Shown: positions 10,559-19,912 of the stretch, in pieces
Layout: every line of letters begins with the position of its first letter
Position numbering within the stretch: the first letter of the stretch is position 1
NCBI GenBank assembly: GCA_963847865.1
Contig: CAWKBL010000012.1
Location: forward strand, 967,411-1,031,410
DNA length: 64,000 bases
Source of the DNA: an uncultured Alphaproteobacteria bacterium
Lineage (GTDB): Bacteria; Pseudomonadota; Alphaproteobacteria; Rhizobiales; Hyphomicrobiaceae
Direction: 5' to 3'
Notes under the pieces: generated by a model
Seen by the model: only the letters and a program-made list of their open reading frames with translations
Told to the model about the DNA's origin: nothing
Database searches by the model: none
Made by a program: the position numbers and the translations under genes

Positions 10559-11530
10559 TCACTCCCATTCGAGCTCGGCAAATGCGGCCGAGACGTTGCG
10601 GGCATGATACTCCTTGAACAGCAGCCATGCATCCTTTTCGGACGTCCCCGCGGTCTTCATTGCGTCAGACATGGTTCGCCCTTCCTTGATCATCGTCCGC
10701 ACCTCGTCGGCCACCTTGCCGAGATAGCGCTGCTCGGGCGCGAGTGCGGCGGGCAATTGCATGGACGCCGGCCCGTGGCCGGGCACGACGCGGGCGACGT
10801 CGGTGCGATTCTGCAGCTTGCTGAGAAAGGCGAGCCAGCCGCGGATCGAGCCGTCGAGCGCCGGCACATGCTTGGAAAACAGCAGATCGCCGAGGAAGAG
10901 CGTGCCGGTCGTCTCGTCGAGGACCGTGAGGTCGTTGTCGGTATGGGCCGTCTTCTGCGCTTCGAGCCGAAGCTTGCGGTCGCCCAGATCGAGCTCGGCG
11001 GTGTCCTCGACGAGCATCGTCGGCGCGATGATGCGCGTGCCCGCGAAGGCTGCCTCACCTAGCAGCTCCTTGTTGATGGCAAGGTAGCGCTCCGCTCGGG
11101 CCGCGAGCGCGCGCGGCAACTTGTGATGGCCGACGAAGATCGGCTTCTCACCTTCGAACGCTGCGTTCCCGAAGACATGGTCGGGGTGCATGTGGGTGTT
11201 GATGACGTACTTGATGGGAAGCTGCGTGCGGGCGCGGATGGCTTGGAGCAGCGCTTCGCCGACGCGCGGGCTGCCGCCAGTGTCGATGACCGCAACTCCG
11301 TCGCGGCCGATGATGAAACCCGCATTCGAAATGTCGCCGGAGTTGCCGGGCGTGAAAATCTCGTAGCGGCCCTGATGCACGAAGACGCCGGGCGCGATCT
11401 CCTGCACCGGAAGCGGTTCGGCGGCTTGTGCGCCGCCGCCCGCAACCACGGACGCCGCCGTCAGCAAGGCGGCTAAAAGTCTGCAGAATCTGGCGAAATT
11501 GGCGGTCAAAAGCATGATGATCCGGCACAT
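10559..11530 (-). CDS. MBL-fold zinc hydrolase (quinoprotein relay system zinc metallohydrolase 2-like)
   Basis: HxHxDH motif (NTHMHPDHVFGN), signal peptide, divergent from xoxF. Confidence 0.7.
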   Translation of the reverse strand: MCRIIMLLTANFARFCRLLAALLTAASVVAGGGAQAAEPLPVQEIAPGVFVHQGRYEIFTPGNSGDISNAGFIIGRDGVAVIDTGGSPRVGEALLQAIRARTQLPIKYVINTHMHPDHVFGNAAFEGEKPIFVGHHKLPRALAARAERYLAINKELLGEAAFAGTRIIAPTMLVEDTAELDLGDRKLRLEAQKTAHTDNDLTVLDETTGTLFLGDLLFSKHVPALDGSIRGWLAFLSKLQNRTDVARVVPGHGPASMQLPAALAPEQRYLGKVADEVRTMIKEGRTMSDAMKTAGTSEKDAWLLFKEYHARNVSAAFAELEWE

Positions 11531-11668
11531 GTAACGCTTCAGGGCATATAGACACGCTCGATCACGCCGTCGAGAGCGGCGCGTGATCGACGGCCTGCGT
11601 CTCTGCCCGCGCGATCACTGCACCGTACTGCAAACGACGGTGTGATGTTCGCGACGGTCAAGATTAGT

Positions 11669-11746
11669 GCAATTGCAGGCAAGCCAATGAATTCGGCGCG
11701 CGAACAAGATTTTGTCGTGCAATGCACCATTCGTCTTTGCAGTGCA
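11669..11746 (+). promoter_or_regulatory. three TGCA-N(1-2)-TGCA palindromic motifs in the xoxF/MBL divergent promoter region
   Basis: TGCAATTGCA (11669-11678, perfect palindrome), TGCAATGCA (11718-11726), TGCAGTGCA (11738-11746) within an AT-rich intergenic region about 290-360 bp upstream of xoxF ATG. Confidence 0.35.
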
Positions 11747-12031
11747 GCAATCAACGATGGAATACCGCAATTTTTAAGTCAGCGATCTTGTCCTATTCAC
11801 GGACGCGTGAATTTTCGTTACCGGATCGTCTTGCGGACTGGAAAAAAAAGTGCGTAGATGTGCCGCGGTGGTGACATGGCTTCCAGGGTCAAGGGCAATG
11901 CCCGAATAAGACCCGGTCGATCGCCAGGGAGAAAGAAGGGGCAAACCCCATCCCTACAGTATTGGGTGTGAGGCGCTGTCGTTCACCATCGCTTGCAAGC
12001 GTGGCAAGAACCTTAAAATGGAGGAAGCGCA

Positions 12032-13852
12032 ATGCGCAGAAGCGTATTCGCAGGTGCGTTGGTTGCATCGGCCGTCCTAGCGGCGCCGGCGCTGGCCAAC
12101 GAAAGTGTCGTAAAGTGCATAGCCGACGCGAACAACTGGTGCATGCAGCAGGGTAACTACTCTGCCACCCGTTATTCGAAGCTGGATCAGATCAACACCA
12201 AGAACGTCGGCACCTTGCAGGTCGCGTGGACCTTCTCGACTGGCGTTCTTCGCGGGCACGAGGGTTCGCCTCTCGTCGTTGGCAGCACCATGTGGCTGCA
12301 CACGCCGTTTCCGAACATCGTGTACGCTCTGAACCTCGACGACGAGAACAAGATCATCTGGAAGTACGAGCCCAAGCAGGATCCGTCCGTGATCCCCGTC
12401 ATGTGCTGTGACACGGTCAACCGTGGCCTGCAGTATGCCGACGGCAAGGTGTTCTTGCACCAGGCTGATACGACGCTCGTCGCGCTCGATGCCAAGACCG
12501 GCAAAGAGCTCTGGAAAGCCGTCAATGCCGATCCTAAGCGCGGTGAGACGGGTACTGGTGCTGCCCTCATCGTTGGCGACGTCGTGATGATCGGCGTGTC
12601 CGGCGCAGAGTTCGGCGTTCGCTGCTTCTTTACCGGTTACGACATCAACTCCGGCAAGCGGCTGTGGCGCGGCTACTCGATGGGTCCCGATGACGAGATC
12701 CTCTTCAACCCTGAGAAGACCATGTCGCTCGGCAAGCCGGTCGGCAAGGACTCCTCGCTCAAGACCTGGAACGGCGACCAGTGGAAGCTGGGCGGCGGTT
12801 CGATCTGGGGCTGGTATGCTTGGGATCCCAAGCTGAACCTGGTCTATTATGGAACGGGCAACCCTTCCACATGGAACCCGGCTCAGCGCGCTGGTCCTGA
12901 CGGTAAGCAGATCGACCAGAAGTGGTCGATGTCGATGATCGCTCGCAACCCTGAGACGGGTGAAGCAGCGTGGGCTTACCAGATGACCCCGTTCGACGAG
13001 TGGGACTTCGATGGCGTCAACGAGATGATCCTCGTCGACGGCATGGACGTCAAAGGCTCCAAGCACGACGTCATCGTCCACTTCGACCGTAACGGTCTTG
13101 GCTACACGGTTGACCGTAAGTCCGGCCTGCCGCTCGTCGCCGAGAAGTACGATCCGGCCGTCAACTGGACGACCGGTGTCGATCTTGATCCCAAGAGCGA
13201 CAAGTATGGTCGTCCGGCGGTTGTCGCCTCCAAGTCGACCTTCCTGAACGGCGCTGACGTCAACACCGTTGATGTCTGCCCCGCCGCTCTCGGAACCAAA
13301 GACCAGCAGCCTGCGGCTTACTCGCCGCTGACGGGTCTCTTCTACGTGCCGACGAACCACGTCTGCATGGATTACGAGCCCTTCAAGGTCGAGTACACCG
13401 CTGGTCAGCCGTACGTTGGTGCCACGCTGTCCATGTATCCGCCCAAGGGCGAGAGCCACATGGGCAACTTCATTGCGTGGGATGCCAGCACCGGTAAGAT
13501 CGTCTGGTCGAACAAGGAGCAGTTCTCGGTATGGTCGGGTGTTCTCACGACCGCTGGCGGCATCGCCTGCGTCGGCACCCTCGAGGGCTACTTCAAGTGC
13601 GTCGATCAGAAGGACGGCAAGGAGCTGTATAAGAACCGCACTCCTTCCGGCATCATCGGTAACGTCATGACCTACGGTCATGGTGGCAAGCAGTACATCG
13701 CCGTCTTCTCGGGCGTCGGTGGTTGGGCCGGTATCGGCCTGGCGGCTGGCTTGACCAACCCGACCGATGGTCTGGGTGCCGTTGGTGGCTACGCCGGTCT
13801 CAACGACTACACCGCTCTTGGTGGGTCGCTGACCGTGTGGTCGCTGCCATAA
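12032..13852 (+). CDS. xoxF: PQQ-dependent methanol/alcohol dehydrogenase, XoxF type (lanthanide-dependent clade)
   Basis: 606 aa; [14 protein letters not shown]..., vicinal Cys pair (VMCCDT), 8-bladed PQQ propeller W-motifs; followed by cytochrome cL and MxaJ-like genes. Confidence 0.93.
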   Translation: MRRSVFAGALVASAVLAAPALANESVVKCIADANNWCMQQGNYSATRYSKLDQINTKNVGTLQVAWTFSTGVLRGHEGSPLVVGSTMWLHTPFPNIVYALNLDDENKIIWKYEPKQDPSVIPVMCCDTVNRGLQYADGKVFLHQADTTLVALDAKTGKELWKAVNADPKRGETGTGAALIVGDVVMIGVSGAEFGVRCFFTGYDINSGKRLWRGYSMGPDDEILFNPEKTMSLGKPVGKDSSLKTWNGDQWKLGGGSIWGWYAWDPKLNLVYYGTGNPSTWNPAQRAGPDGKQIDQKWSMSMIARNPETGEAAWAYQMTPFDEWDFDGVNEMILVDGMDVKGSKHDVIVHFDRNGLGYTVDRKSGLPLVAEKYDPAVNWTTGVDLDPKSDKYGRPAVVASKSTFLNGADVNTVDVCPAALGTKDQQPAAYSPLTGLFYVPTNHVCMDYEPFKVEYTAGQPYVGATLSMYPPKGESHMGNFIAWDASTGKIVWSNKEQFSVWSGVLTTAGGIACVGTLEGYFKCVDQKDGKELYKNRTPSGIIGNVMTYGHGGKQYIAVFSGVGGWAGIGLAAGLTNPTDGLGAVGGYAGLNDYTALGGSLTVWSLP

Positions 13853-13872
13853 GCCTCGACTGAGACGTCAAG

Positions 13873-13900
13873 GACCGGCGCGGGGTATCCCGCGCCGGTC
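13873..13900 (+). other. intercistronic stem-loop between xoxF and xoxG (GACCGGCGCGGG-gtat-CCCGCGCCGGTC)
   Basis: Perfect 12-bp inverted repeat 20 nt after xoxF stop; not followed by a T-tract. Confidence 0.5.
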
Positions 13901-14021
13901 TCCTTGTGAGTCAGGGGCTTCCTTCCGCAATGGAGCTGATGCAACACAAAGCGGTCCCAATGGCCCAAATCACGCTCGGGTGATCGATTTGCCCGTTGTA
14001 CTCTCGGCCTAAATCGCCCAA

Positions 14022-14642
14022 ATGATGTATCGAAGCCTGCAAACAAAAGCAGACAAGGGGAAACGCGTGAGAAGGATTTTCGTAGTCGTCGCGGCGCTCG
14101 CGATGGGCGGCGCTCTCGCCACAACGGCGAACGCCGAGGATGCGCAGCCCGGGCCGAAGCTGGTTACGCTGCCCGACGGCTGCATGACCCAGGAAGGTGC
14201 CAAGGACGAGAACGGCAAGTGGGTTCTGCCCGACGGAACGCCGACGTTCCACGTCTGCAAGACCGACGGGACCCTCGTTGCCGACTGGTACACCTACGAC
14301 GGCTATCGCCGTTATCATTCGGAGTGCCACGTCTGTCACGGCCCCAATGGGCTGGGCTCGTCCTACGCTCCCGCTTTGGCGAAATCGCTGAAGTCGCTGA
14401 CTTACGGCGACTTCCTCGGAACCGTCGCCGGCGGCCGCCAGCGCGACGAAGCTGGTACCAAATTTGTGATGCCGTCGTTCGGTGACAACAAGAACGTCAT
14501 GTGCTTCATCGACGACCTCTATCTGTACCTGAAGGCAAGAGCCGAGGGTGTGGTCCCTGCAGGTCAGCTGGGTGGTCGCAACCACGCGCCCAAACCGGAA
14601 CAGGCGCGAGACTATGAAAAGGCGTGCTTTGGTGGTGGCTAA
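14022..14642 (+). CDS. xoxG: cytochrome c-L (XoxG); real start possibly GTG 14067
   Basis: Single heme CHVCHG motif; signal peptide; position after xoxF. Confidence 0.85.
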   Translation: MMYRSLQTKADKGKRVRRIFVVVAALAMGGALATTANAEDAQPGPKLVTLPDGCMTQEGAKDENGKWVLPDGTPTFHVCKTDGTLVADWYTYDGYRRYHSECHVCHGPNGLGSSYAPALAKSLKSLTYGDFLGTVAGGRQRDEAGTKFVMPSFGDNKNVMCFIDDLYLYLKARAEGVVPAGQLGGRNHAPKPEQARDYEKACFGGG

Positions 14643-15480
14643 ACACTTCGCGTATCTGGCGGTCTTTGGTGCTCTGAGCGCCTTGGCTTCGTCCTCGGCT
14701 TGGGCCGTGGAAGGACACAATGCCGATCTCGTCAACCGGCAAGTGCTGCGCATTTGCGCCGACCCGGCGAACATGCCGTTCTCGAACCAGAAGGCGGAAG
14801 GGTTCGAGAACAAGATCGCCGACATCATCGGAAACGAGCTGGGCATCAAGGTCGAGTACACTTGGTTTCCGCAGGCCGTGGGCTTCACGCGCAATACGCT
14901 TCTGGCCAAGCGGTGCGACCTGATCATCGGCACGGGTCAGGGCGACGACCTCGTGCTCAACACCAACCACGTCTATCGCTCGACGTACGCGCTCGTCTAT
15001 CCGCCGAATAAGGGGCTCGACGGCGTCGACAGCCTTTTCGATCCCCGCCTGAAGGACAAGCGGGTCGGCGTCATGATCAGCACGCCGCCGGCCGATATCA
15101 TCAACAAGGCCGGCCTCATGGGCAAGGCAAAGCCCTATCGGCTCATGGTCGACCGCCGGTTTGATTTACCCGCCGAGGACATGATCAAGGATATCCGCTC
15201 CGGAGAGATCGACGCCGGCGTGCTCTGGGGCCCGATGGCCGGATACTACGCCACCAAGGGCGGCGAGAAGCTCGACGTCGTGCCCTTGGTCAAGGACGAC
15301 AAGAGCGGCCACATGGAGTTCCGCATCACCATGGGCGTGCGCCAGGGGGACGACCTTTGGAAGCGCAAGCTCAACGACATCCTCAACAAACGCCGGGCCG
15401 ACATCGATCGCGTCCTGCTCGAGTATGGCGTGCCGCTGCTTGACGAGGACAATAAGCCCGTCACCGAGCCGCGCGGGTAA
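14614..15480 (+). CDS. xoxJ: MxaJ/XoxJ-like periplasmic binding protein
   Basis: Signal peptide MKRRALVVAKHFAYLAVFGALSALASSSAWA; extracellular solute-binding fold; third gene of xoxFGJ. Confidence 0.8.
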   Translation: MKRRALVVAKHFAYLAVFGALSALASSSAWAVEGHNADLVNRQVLRICADPANMPFSNQKAEGFENKIADIIGNELGIKVEYTWFPQAVGFTRNTLLAKRCDLIIGTGQGDDLVLNTNHVYRSTYALVYPPNKGLDGVDSLFDPRLKDKRVGVMISTPPADIINKAGLMGKAKPYRLMVDRRFDLPAEDMIKDIRSGEIDAGVLWGPMAGYYATKGGEKLDVVPLVKDDKSGHMEFRITMGVRQGDDLWKRKLNDILNKRRADIDRVLLEYGVPLLDEDNKPVTEPRG

Positions 15481-15481
15481 G

Positions 15482-16111
15482 ATGCGCGGCTGGCCCCGCC
15501 AGCGGCGCGCTTCCGCGCCAGGCGGAAGCGAGCGCGCACAACGCGCGCCAAAACGTCAGCTCCTGACGGTTGCGGTGTTGGCGCTGGGCTTGGCCGCCCT
15601 TGTGCCGGGCGCCCCCTCGGCGCTGGGCGCGGAGCCCGTCGCGGAGCCGCAAGACTACCGCATGAGCGATTATCGCAGCCCGGTTCCCCTGACGCTGCGC
15701 GGTGCAAAATCCTTGACGAACGACGAGGCCGCCGACCTGTGGAACCAGAACGGCGCAATTTTCATCGACGTCTTTCCGCAAGCGCCCAAGCCGAAGAACC
15801 TGCCCGCCGGCACCTTCTGGCGCGATCCCGTCCATCGCAGCATCGAGGGCGCCTACTGGCTGCCCAACGTCGGCTACGGCGCGTTGCCGGCTGACGTCGG
15901 GGACTATTTCACAAGCCGGCTTGAGCGCCTGACCAAAGGCAACCGCGCGGCCCCGATCGTCTTTTTCTGTCTGAAGGACTGCTGGATGTCGTGGAACGCC
16001 GCCAAGCGCGCGTTGGCTGCCGGCTACAGCCACGTCATGTGGTTCAGGGACGGCACCGACGGCTGGCAGGAGCTCGGCTACCCGCTGGTCGATCTCACCA
16101 TGGTTCCCTGA
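15482..16111 (+). CDS. PQQ-dependent catabolism-associated CXXCW-motif (rhodanese-like) protein
   Basis: FFCLKDCWMSWNAAKRA (C-x-x-C-W), signal peptide, starts 1 nt after xoxJ stop. Confidence 0.75.
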   Translation: MRGWPRQRRASAPGGSERAQRAPKRQLLTVAVLALGLAALVPGAPSALGAEPVAEPQDYRMSDYRSPVPLTLRGAKSLTNDEAADLWNQNGAIFIDVFPQAPKPKNLPAGTFWRDPVHRSIEGAYWLPNVGYGALPADVGDYFTSRLERLTKGNRAAPIVFFCLKDCWMSWNAAKRALAAGYSHVMWFRDGTDGWQELGYPLVDLTMVP

Positions 16112-16151
16112 CCCTCACGAAGGTTCCCGGATCCTCACGCAGGTTCCTGAA

Positions 16152-16169
16152 GCCCGGCTGCTGCCGGGC
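16152..16169. terminator. hairpin GCCCGGC-tgct-GCCGGGC between convergent genes
   Basis: 7-bp perfect stem between the CXXCW gene (+) and the 16179..17019 gene (-); weak T-tracts. Confidence 0.35.
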
Positions 16170-16178
16170 CTATGGCCC

Positions 16179-17019
16179 TCAGTTCTTCATTTCGGCCCGG
16201 ATCAGCTTGGCGACCTCGTAGGCGCGCTGCTCGATGAGGGTCGGGATCTCGCACGCCATCGTCAGGTTCTGCTGGCGGTCCTGGAAGATGCGCGCGTTCC
16301 AATTGTACTCCTGCTGCTCGGCGCGTCAGCTTGGTGTCCCTCGGGCCCAGCTGCTCTTCGGCGGGAATATTCTGGTCCATCGAGGCGAGCTTCTGGCCCT
16401 CGCGCTCGATCTCGTCGGCACGGGCCTTCTGGCGCCGCTGGAACTGCTCGATGCGCTGCATGACGAACTTGCGATCGGTATTGATCTTCGCGAGCACGCT
16501 GGCGAAAAGCCCGGTCAGCTTCGTGTCGCGCTCGCCCTCCGGCTGACTCTGGGCATATTCCTTGATCGCCTTCTCCGCGTCCTCGATCGCAACGCGGCGG
16601 CTTTGAAGGTAGGTCGTCAGCTCTCTAATCTTGTCGTCGCTCTCCCAGCCCTTCACCTCGTCAACCGGGGGGCCGTCCCAAATCTGCGCCGACGTCAGCT
16701 CCGCCACCTTGCGCTGCACGCAGGGCCAATCGGGGCTGCCCTTGGTCGAGGCCTCCTCCGCCGCGGGAGCGCTGCTGTCGGGCGAGGTATCGCCGACCTT
16801 GGGTGCATTGGGGGCAACCGTCGGCGCGAGGGGCGCTGTGTCACCGACCTGCGGCTGGTTGGGCAGGACCGTCGGCATTGCCGGGGTAACCGATAGGTCG
16901 GGGGCGGCTGCCTTCCCGCCGGTCTCGGCGGCAGGCTCTGCGGCAGCGGCCGAAAGTGCGAGCAGGCCTGCAAAACAGGCGCTGGCGATCATTCGTGCGG
17001 CGGTGTTCGTGTTTTGCAT
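16179..17019 (-). CDS. hypothetical periplasmic protein with Ala/Pro-rich linker, last gene of ABC operon; one frameshift near 16330
   Basis: Signal peptide MIASACFAGLLALSAAAA; PxxP-rich low-complexity segment; C-terminal domain unassigned; start 5 nt after permease stop. Confidence 0.5.
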
Positions 17020-17023
17020 TTTC

Positions 17024-17908
17024 TTACGCTCCTGCGCCTGGACCGCCGCGGCGGGCGATCAGGCCTTTCGATGGGTTGTAGGCATAGATGGCACCGCCGA
17101 GGAACACGACGGTGCACGCGAGAACCGCGCCGAGCGAGATCCAGTTGACCTGCCCGTAGAGCGCGAAGCGGATCAGCTCCACCGCATGCGTGAAGGGATT
17201 GAGCTCGCAGATCTGATAGAGCAAAACGCTCGATTCCTTGACGCGCCAGAGCGGATAGAGCGCGGAAGAGGCAAAGAACATGGGAAAGATCACGAAGTTC
17301 ATGACGCCGGCGAAGTTTTCCAATTGCTTGATGACGGACGACATGAAGAGCGCGAGCGAGCCCAGCATCAGACCCGATAGAATGAGCGCCGGCAGCACGG
17401 TGAAGTAGCCGTAAAGCGGCGGCTCGATCTCCCAGAAATAGGCAACCGCCAGAAAGGCGTAGACCTGCAGCAGCGATACCGCGACCCCGCCCACGAGCTT
17501 GGACAGCAACAGGAAGGAGCGCGGGAAGGGGCTTACCAGCAGCGTGCGCATCGCGCCCGTCTCGCGGTCGTAGACCATCGATAGCGAGGACTGCATGGCA
17601 TTGAACAGCTGGATCATGCCGATGAGGCCCGGCGCGATGAAGACCTCGTAGAGCACGTAGGTCTCATACGGCGGAATGATCGAGACGCCGAGCGTCTGCC
17701 GGAAGCCCGCCGCGAAGATGAATAGCCAGACGAGGGGACGCACGAGTGCCGAGAGGAAGCGCTCGCGCTGGTGCAGGTAGCGAAGCACCTCGCGCCAGAC
17801 GATGCCCTTGAAGCAGGTGTAGTAGGCGCCCGCACTTAGCCGCGGGGGATCGGTATCCCAGCTACCGCCCGCGGGGGCAGCGCGCACGGGTGTGGCGCTC
17901 TGGCTCAT
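17024..17908 (-). CDS. ABC-2 type transporter permease (PQQ-dependent catabolism-associated)
   Basis: 6 TM ABC-2 permease architecture; overlaps ATPase gene. Confidence 0.85.
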   Translation of the reverse strand: MSQSATPVRAAPAGGSWDTDPPRLSAGAYYTCFKGIVWREVLRYLHQRERFLSALVRPLVWLFIFAAGFRQTLGVSIIPPYETYVLYEVFIAPGLIGMIQLFNAMQSSLSMVYDRETGAMRTLLVSPFPRSFLLLSKLVGGVAVSLLQVYAFLAVAYFWEIEPPLYGYFTVLPALILSGLMLGSLALFMSSVIKQLENFAGVMNFVIFPMFFASSALYPLWRVKESSVLLYQICELNPFTHAVELIRFALYGQVNWISLGAVLACTVVFLGGAIYAYNPSKGLIARRGGPGAGA

Positions 17909-18687
17909 GCGGCCAACTCCGTGTCCGTCGTTCCGGTGATCGTCCTGAACGCATCCGAGACGTTTTGCGTGGCCGTCTTCGCCAACAGCTCGGGAACGGA
18001 GCCCGTGAAGAGAAGGCGCCCCTTGTGCAGGATTGCTATGAGATCGGTCGGGCGCACCTCATCGAAGAGATGCGTCGCCCACAGGACGCCCAGACCCTCC
18101 GTCTCCACGAGCGAGCGCACGATGTTGATGACGCTCTCGCGCGAGCCGATGTCGAGGCCGACGGTGGGCTCGTCGAGCAGCAGGAGGGCCGGCTGGTGCA
18201 ACAGCGAGCGCGCGATCTCGACGCGGCGCGCCTGTCCCCCTGAGAGATTGCGCACCTTTTCGCGCGCGCGGTCGGACAGTCCGACGATCTCGAGCGCGCG
18301 CTCCGTGCGCCGGCGCGCTTCGCGGCCGCGGATGCCGTGCAGCGCGCAATGGTAGAGCAGGTTCTGCTTGAGGCTCAAATCGAGGTCGAGAGTTCGGCTC
18401 TGAAAAACGACGCCGAGGCGCTGCAAGGCGGCTGAGGCGCGCCTGCGCACGTCGTAGCCGAAGATGCGAATTTCGCCCGACACGTTGTCATAGAGGCGCG
18501 TGACGAGCGCAAACAGCGTCGACTTGCCGGCGCCGTTGAGCCCGAGCAGGACGACGAATTTGCCGCGCGGGATCGCAAGCGAGACGTCGTCCAGCGCCAA
18601 CGTCTCGCCGAAGCGATGACTGACGTTCTTGACGGAGAGAGCAGGCGCTGCCTCGACGTCGCGTTGGGGTTCAGATGCCATATCCAT
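17905..18687 (-). CDS. ABC transporter ATP-binding protein
   Basis: Walker A GLNGAGKST, signature LSGGQARRVEIA, Walker B LLLLDEPT. Confidence 0.9.
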   Translation of the reverse strand: MDMASEPQRDVEAAPALSVKNVSHRFGETLALDDVSLAIPRGKFVVLLGLNGAGKSTLFALVTRLYDNVSGEIRIFGYDVRRRASAALQRLGVVFQSRTLDLDLSLKQNLLYHCALHGIRGREARRRTERALEIVGLSDRAREKVRNLSGGQARRVEIARSLLHQPALLLLDEPTVGLDIGSRESVINIVRSLVETEGLGVLWATHLFDEVRPTDLIAILHKGRLLFTGSVPELLAKTATQNVSDAFRTITGTTDTELAA

Positions 18688-18869
18688 TTCGACGATTTAT
18701 CCCGGTTGCGCTTCTGTTAAGCCGCTGAATATCTTAGAATATTCTTTATGGCTCAAGCCGCGTGAAGAGCATCTCGGCTTCGTCTTCTTTGCTCCAATAC
18801 AACCCGTCCCCTGCGTCCCCCGCAAGCCCATCTGGCTGTGCGTGCGGGGGCGGCGAGGACCGATTTTCC

Positions 18870-19853
18870 TCAGAAGGGCGCGACGACCACGCCCCACGGA
18901 TAGCGTCCCGTCCGGATCGACTTGACCACCTTCAGGGCGGCGACGTCGATGACGGAGACGTCGTTGGACGTACCGTTGGTCGTCAATAGCTTCTTGTCGT
19001 CGGGCGTGAAAGCGAGCTGCCAGACGCGCTGCCCGACCAGCAGGTACTTGATCACCTTCAGGGTCGCGGTGTCCACCACCGCGACGCGATTGGCGGGGCC
19101 GAGCGCGACGAACGCGAGCTTGCCGTCCTTCGTGATGCGAACCCCGACGGGCTGAATGGCTTCCTTGGTGATGCCCGGGATCTCGAAGGTCACCTTGCCG
19201 ATGACCTTGCGGTCGGCCGGGTTGATTACGGTGACGGTGCCGCCGACCTCCGAGCTCACCCAAAGCTGGGTCCCCGTCGCATTGAACATCGCGACGCGCG
19301 GGCGGCTGTCGACCAGCACGTTGTCGAACGTCTTGTGCGTCGTGGTGTCGATGAAATGCGCCATGTTGGTCGTCTCGGAAGTGTTGACCAGCACCTTGCC
19401 GTCGGGGCTCATGCCCATGCCCTCGGGCTCCACGCCCACGGGGATGTCGGTGATGACCGAGCCCTTGTTGATGTCGACGACGGTGACGAGGTTGTCGTCC
19501 TCGTTGGCGATGTAGAGCGGGTTGCCGGACGGATGCAGGGTCAGCAACTCGGGATCGGGGCCCGACGGCAGCGTCTTGACGAGCTCATAGGTCTTGGTGT
19601 CGTAGACCTGGATGATGTTGTCGTCGCTGGTGCACACGATCAGCCACTTGGCGTCGTTCGACAGGATGATGCCGCGCGGGCGCTGGCCCACCTTGAAGGT
19701 CTTGGTCACCTCCAGCTTTTCGGTGTCGATCACCGAGATGGAGTTGTCCTTCTCGTTGCTTACGAAGGCGGTATAGGCGAGCGCCGCCGGCGCCGGGGCC
19801 AGAAATGCCGCGAGTACGCCGAGCATCCAAACAAAGCCGACCTTAGAGCGCAT
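18870..19853 (-). CDS. YVTN-family beta-propeller repeat protein (PQQ-dependent catabolism-associated)
   Basis: Signal peptide MRSKVGFVWMLGVLAAFLAPAPAALA; repeated ...Y(V/I)xNxxDNxVSVIDxxTxKVxKTIxVG blades; AGGAGG RBS; the upstream extension of the track ORF is spurious. Confidence 0.85.
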   Translation of the reverse strand: MRSKVGFVWMLGVLAAFLAPAPAALAYTAFVSNEKDNSISVIDTEKLEVTKTFKVGQRPRGIILSNDAKWLIVCTSDDNIIQVYDTKTYELVKTLPSGPDPELLTLHPSGNPLYIANEDDNLVTVVDINKGSVITDIPVGVEPEGMGMSPDGKVLVNTSETTNMAHFIDTTTHKTFDNVLVDSRPRVAMFNATGTQLWVSSEVGGTVTVINPADRKVIGKVTFEIPGITKEAIQPVGVRITKDGKLAFVALGPANRVAVVDTATLKVIKYLLVGQRVWQLAFTPDDKKLLTTNGTSNDVSVIDVAALKVVKSIRTGRYPWGVVVAPF

Positions 19854-19912
19854 TAGGCAACGTCCTCCTGAAATTTGACCGGTCACCGGGCCGTGGCCGG
19901 GAAGTGCCGGTG

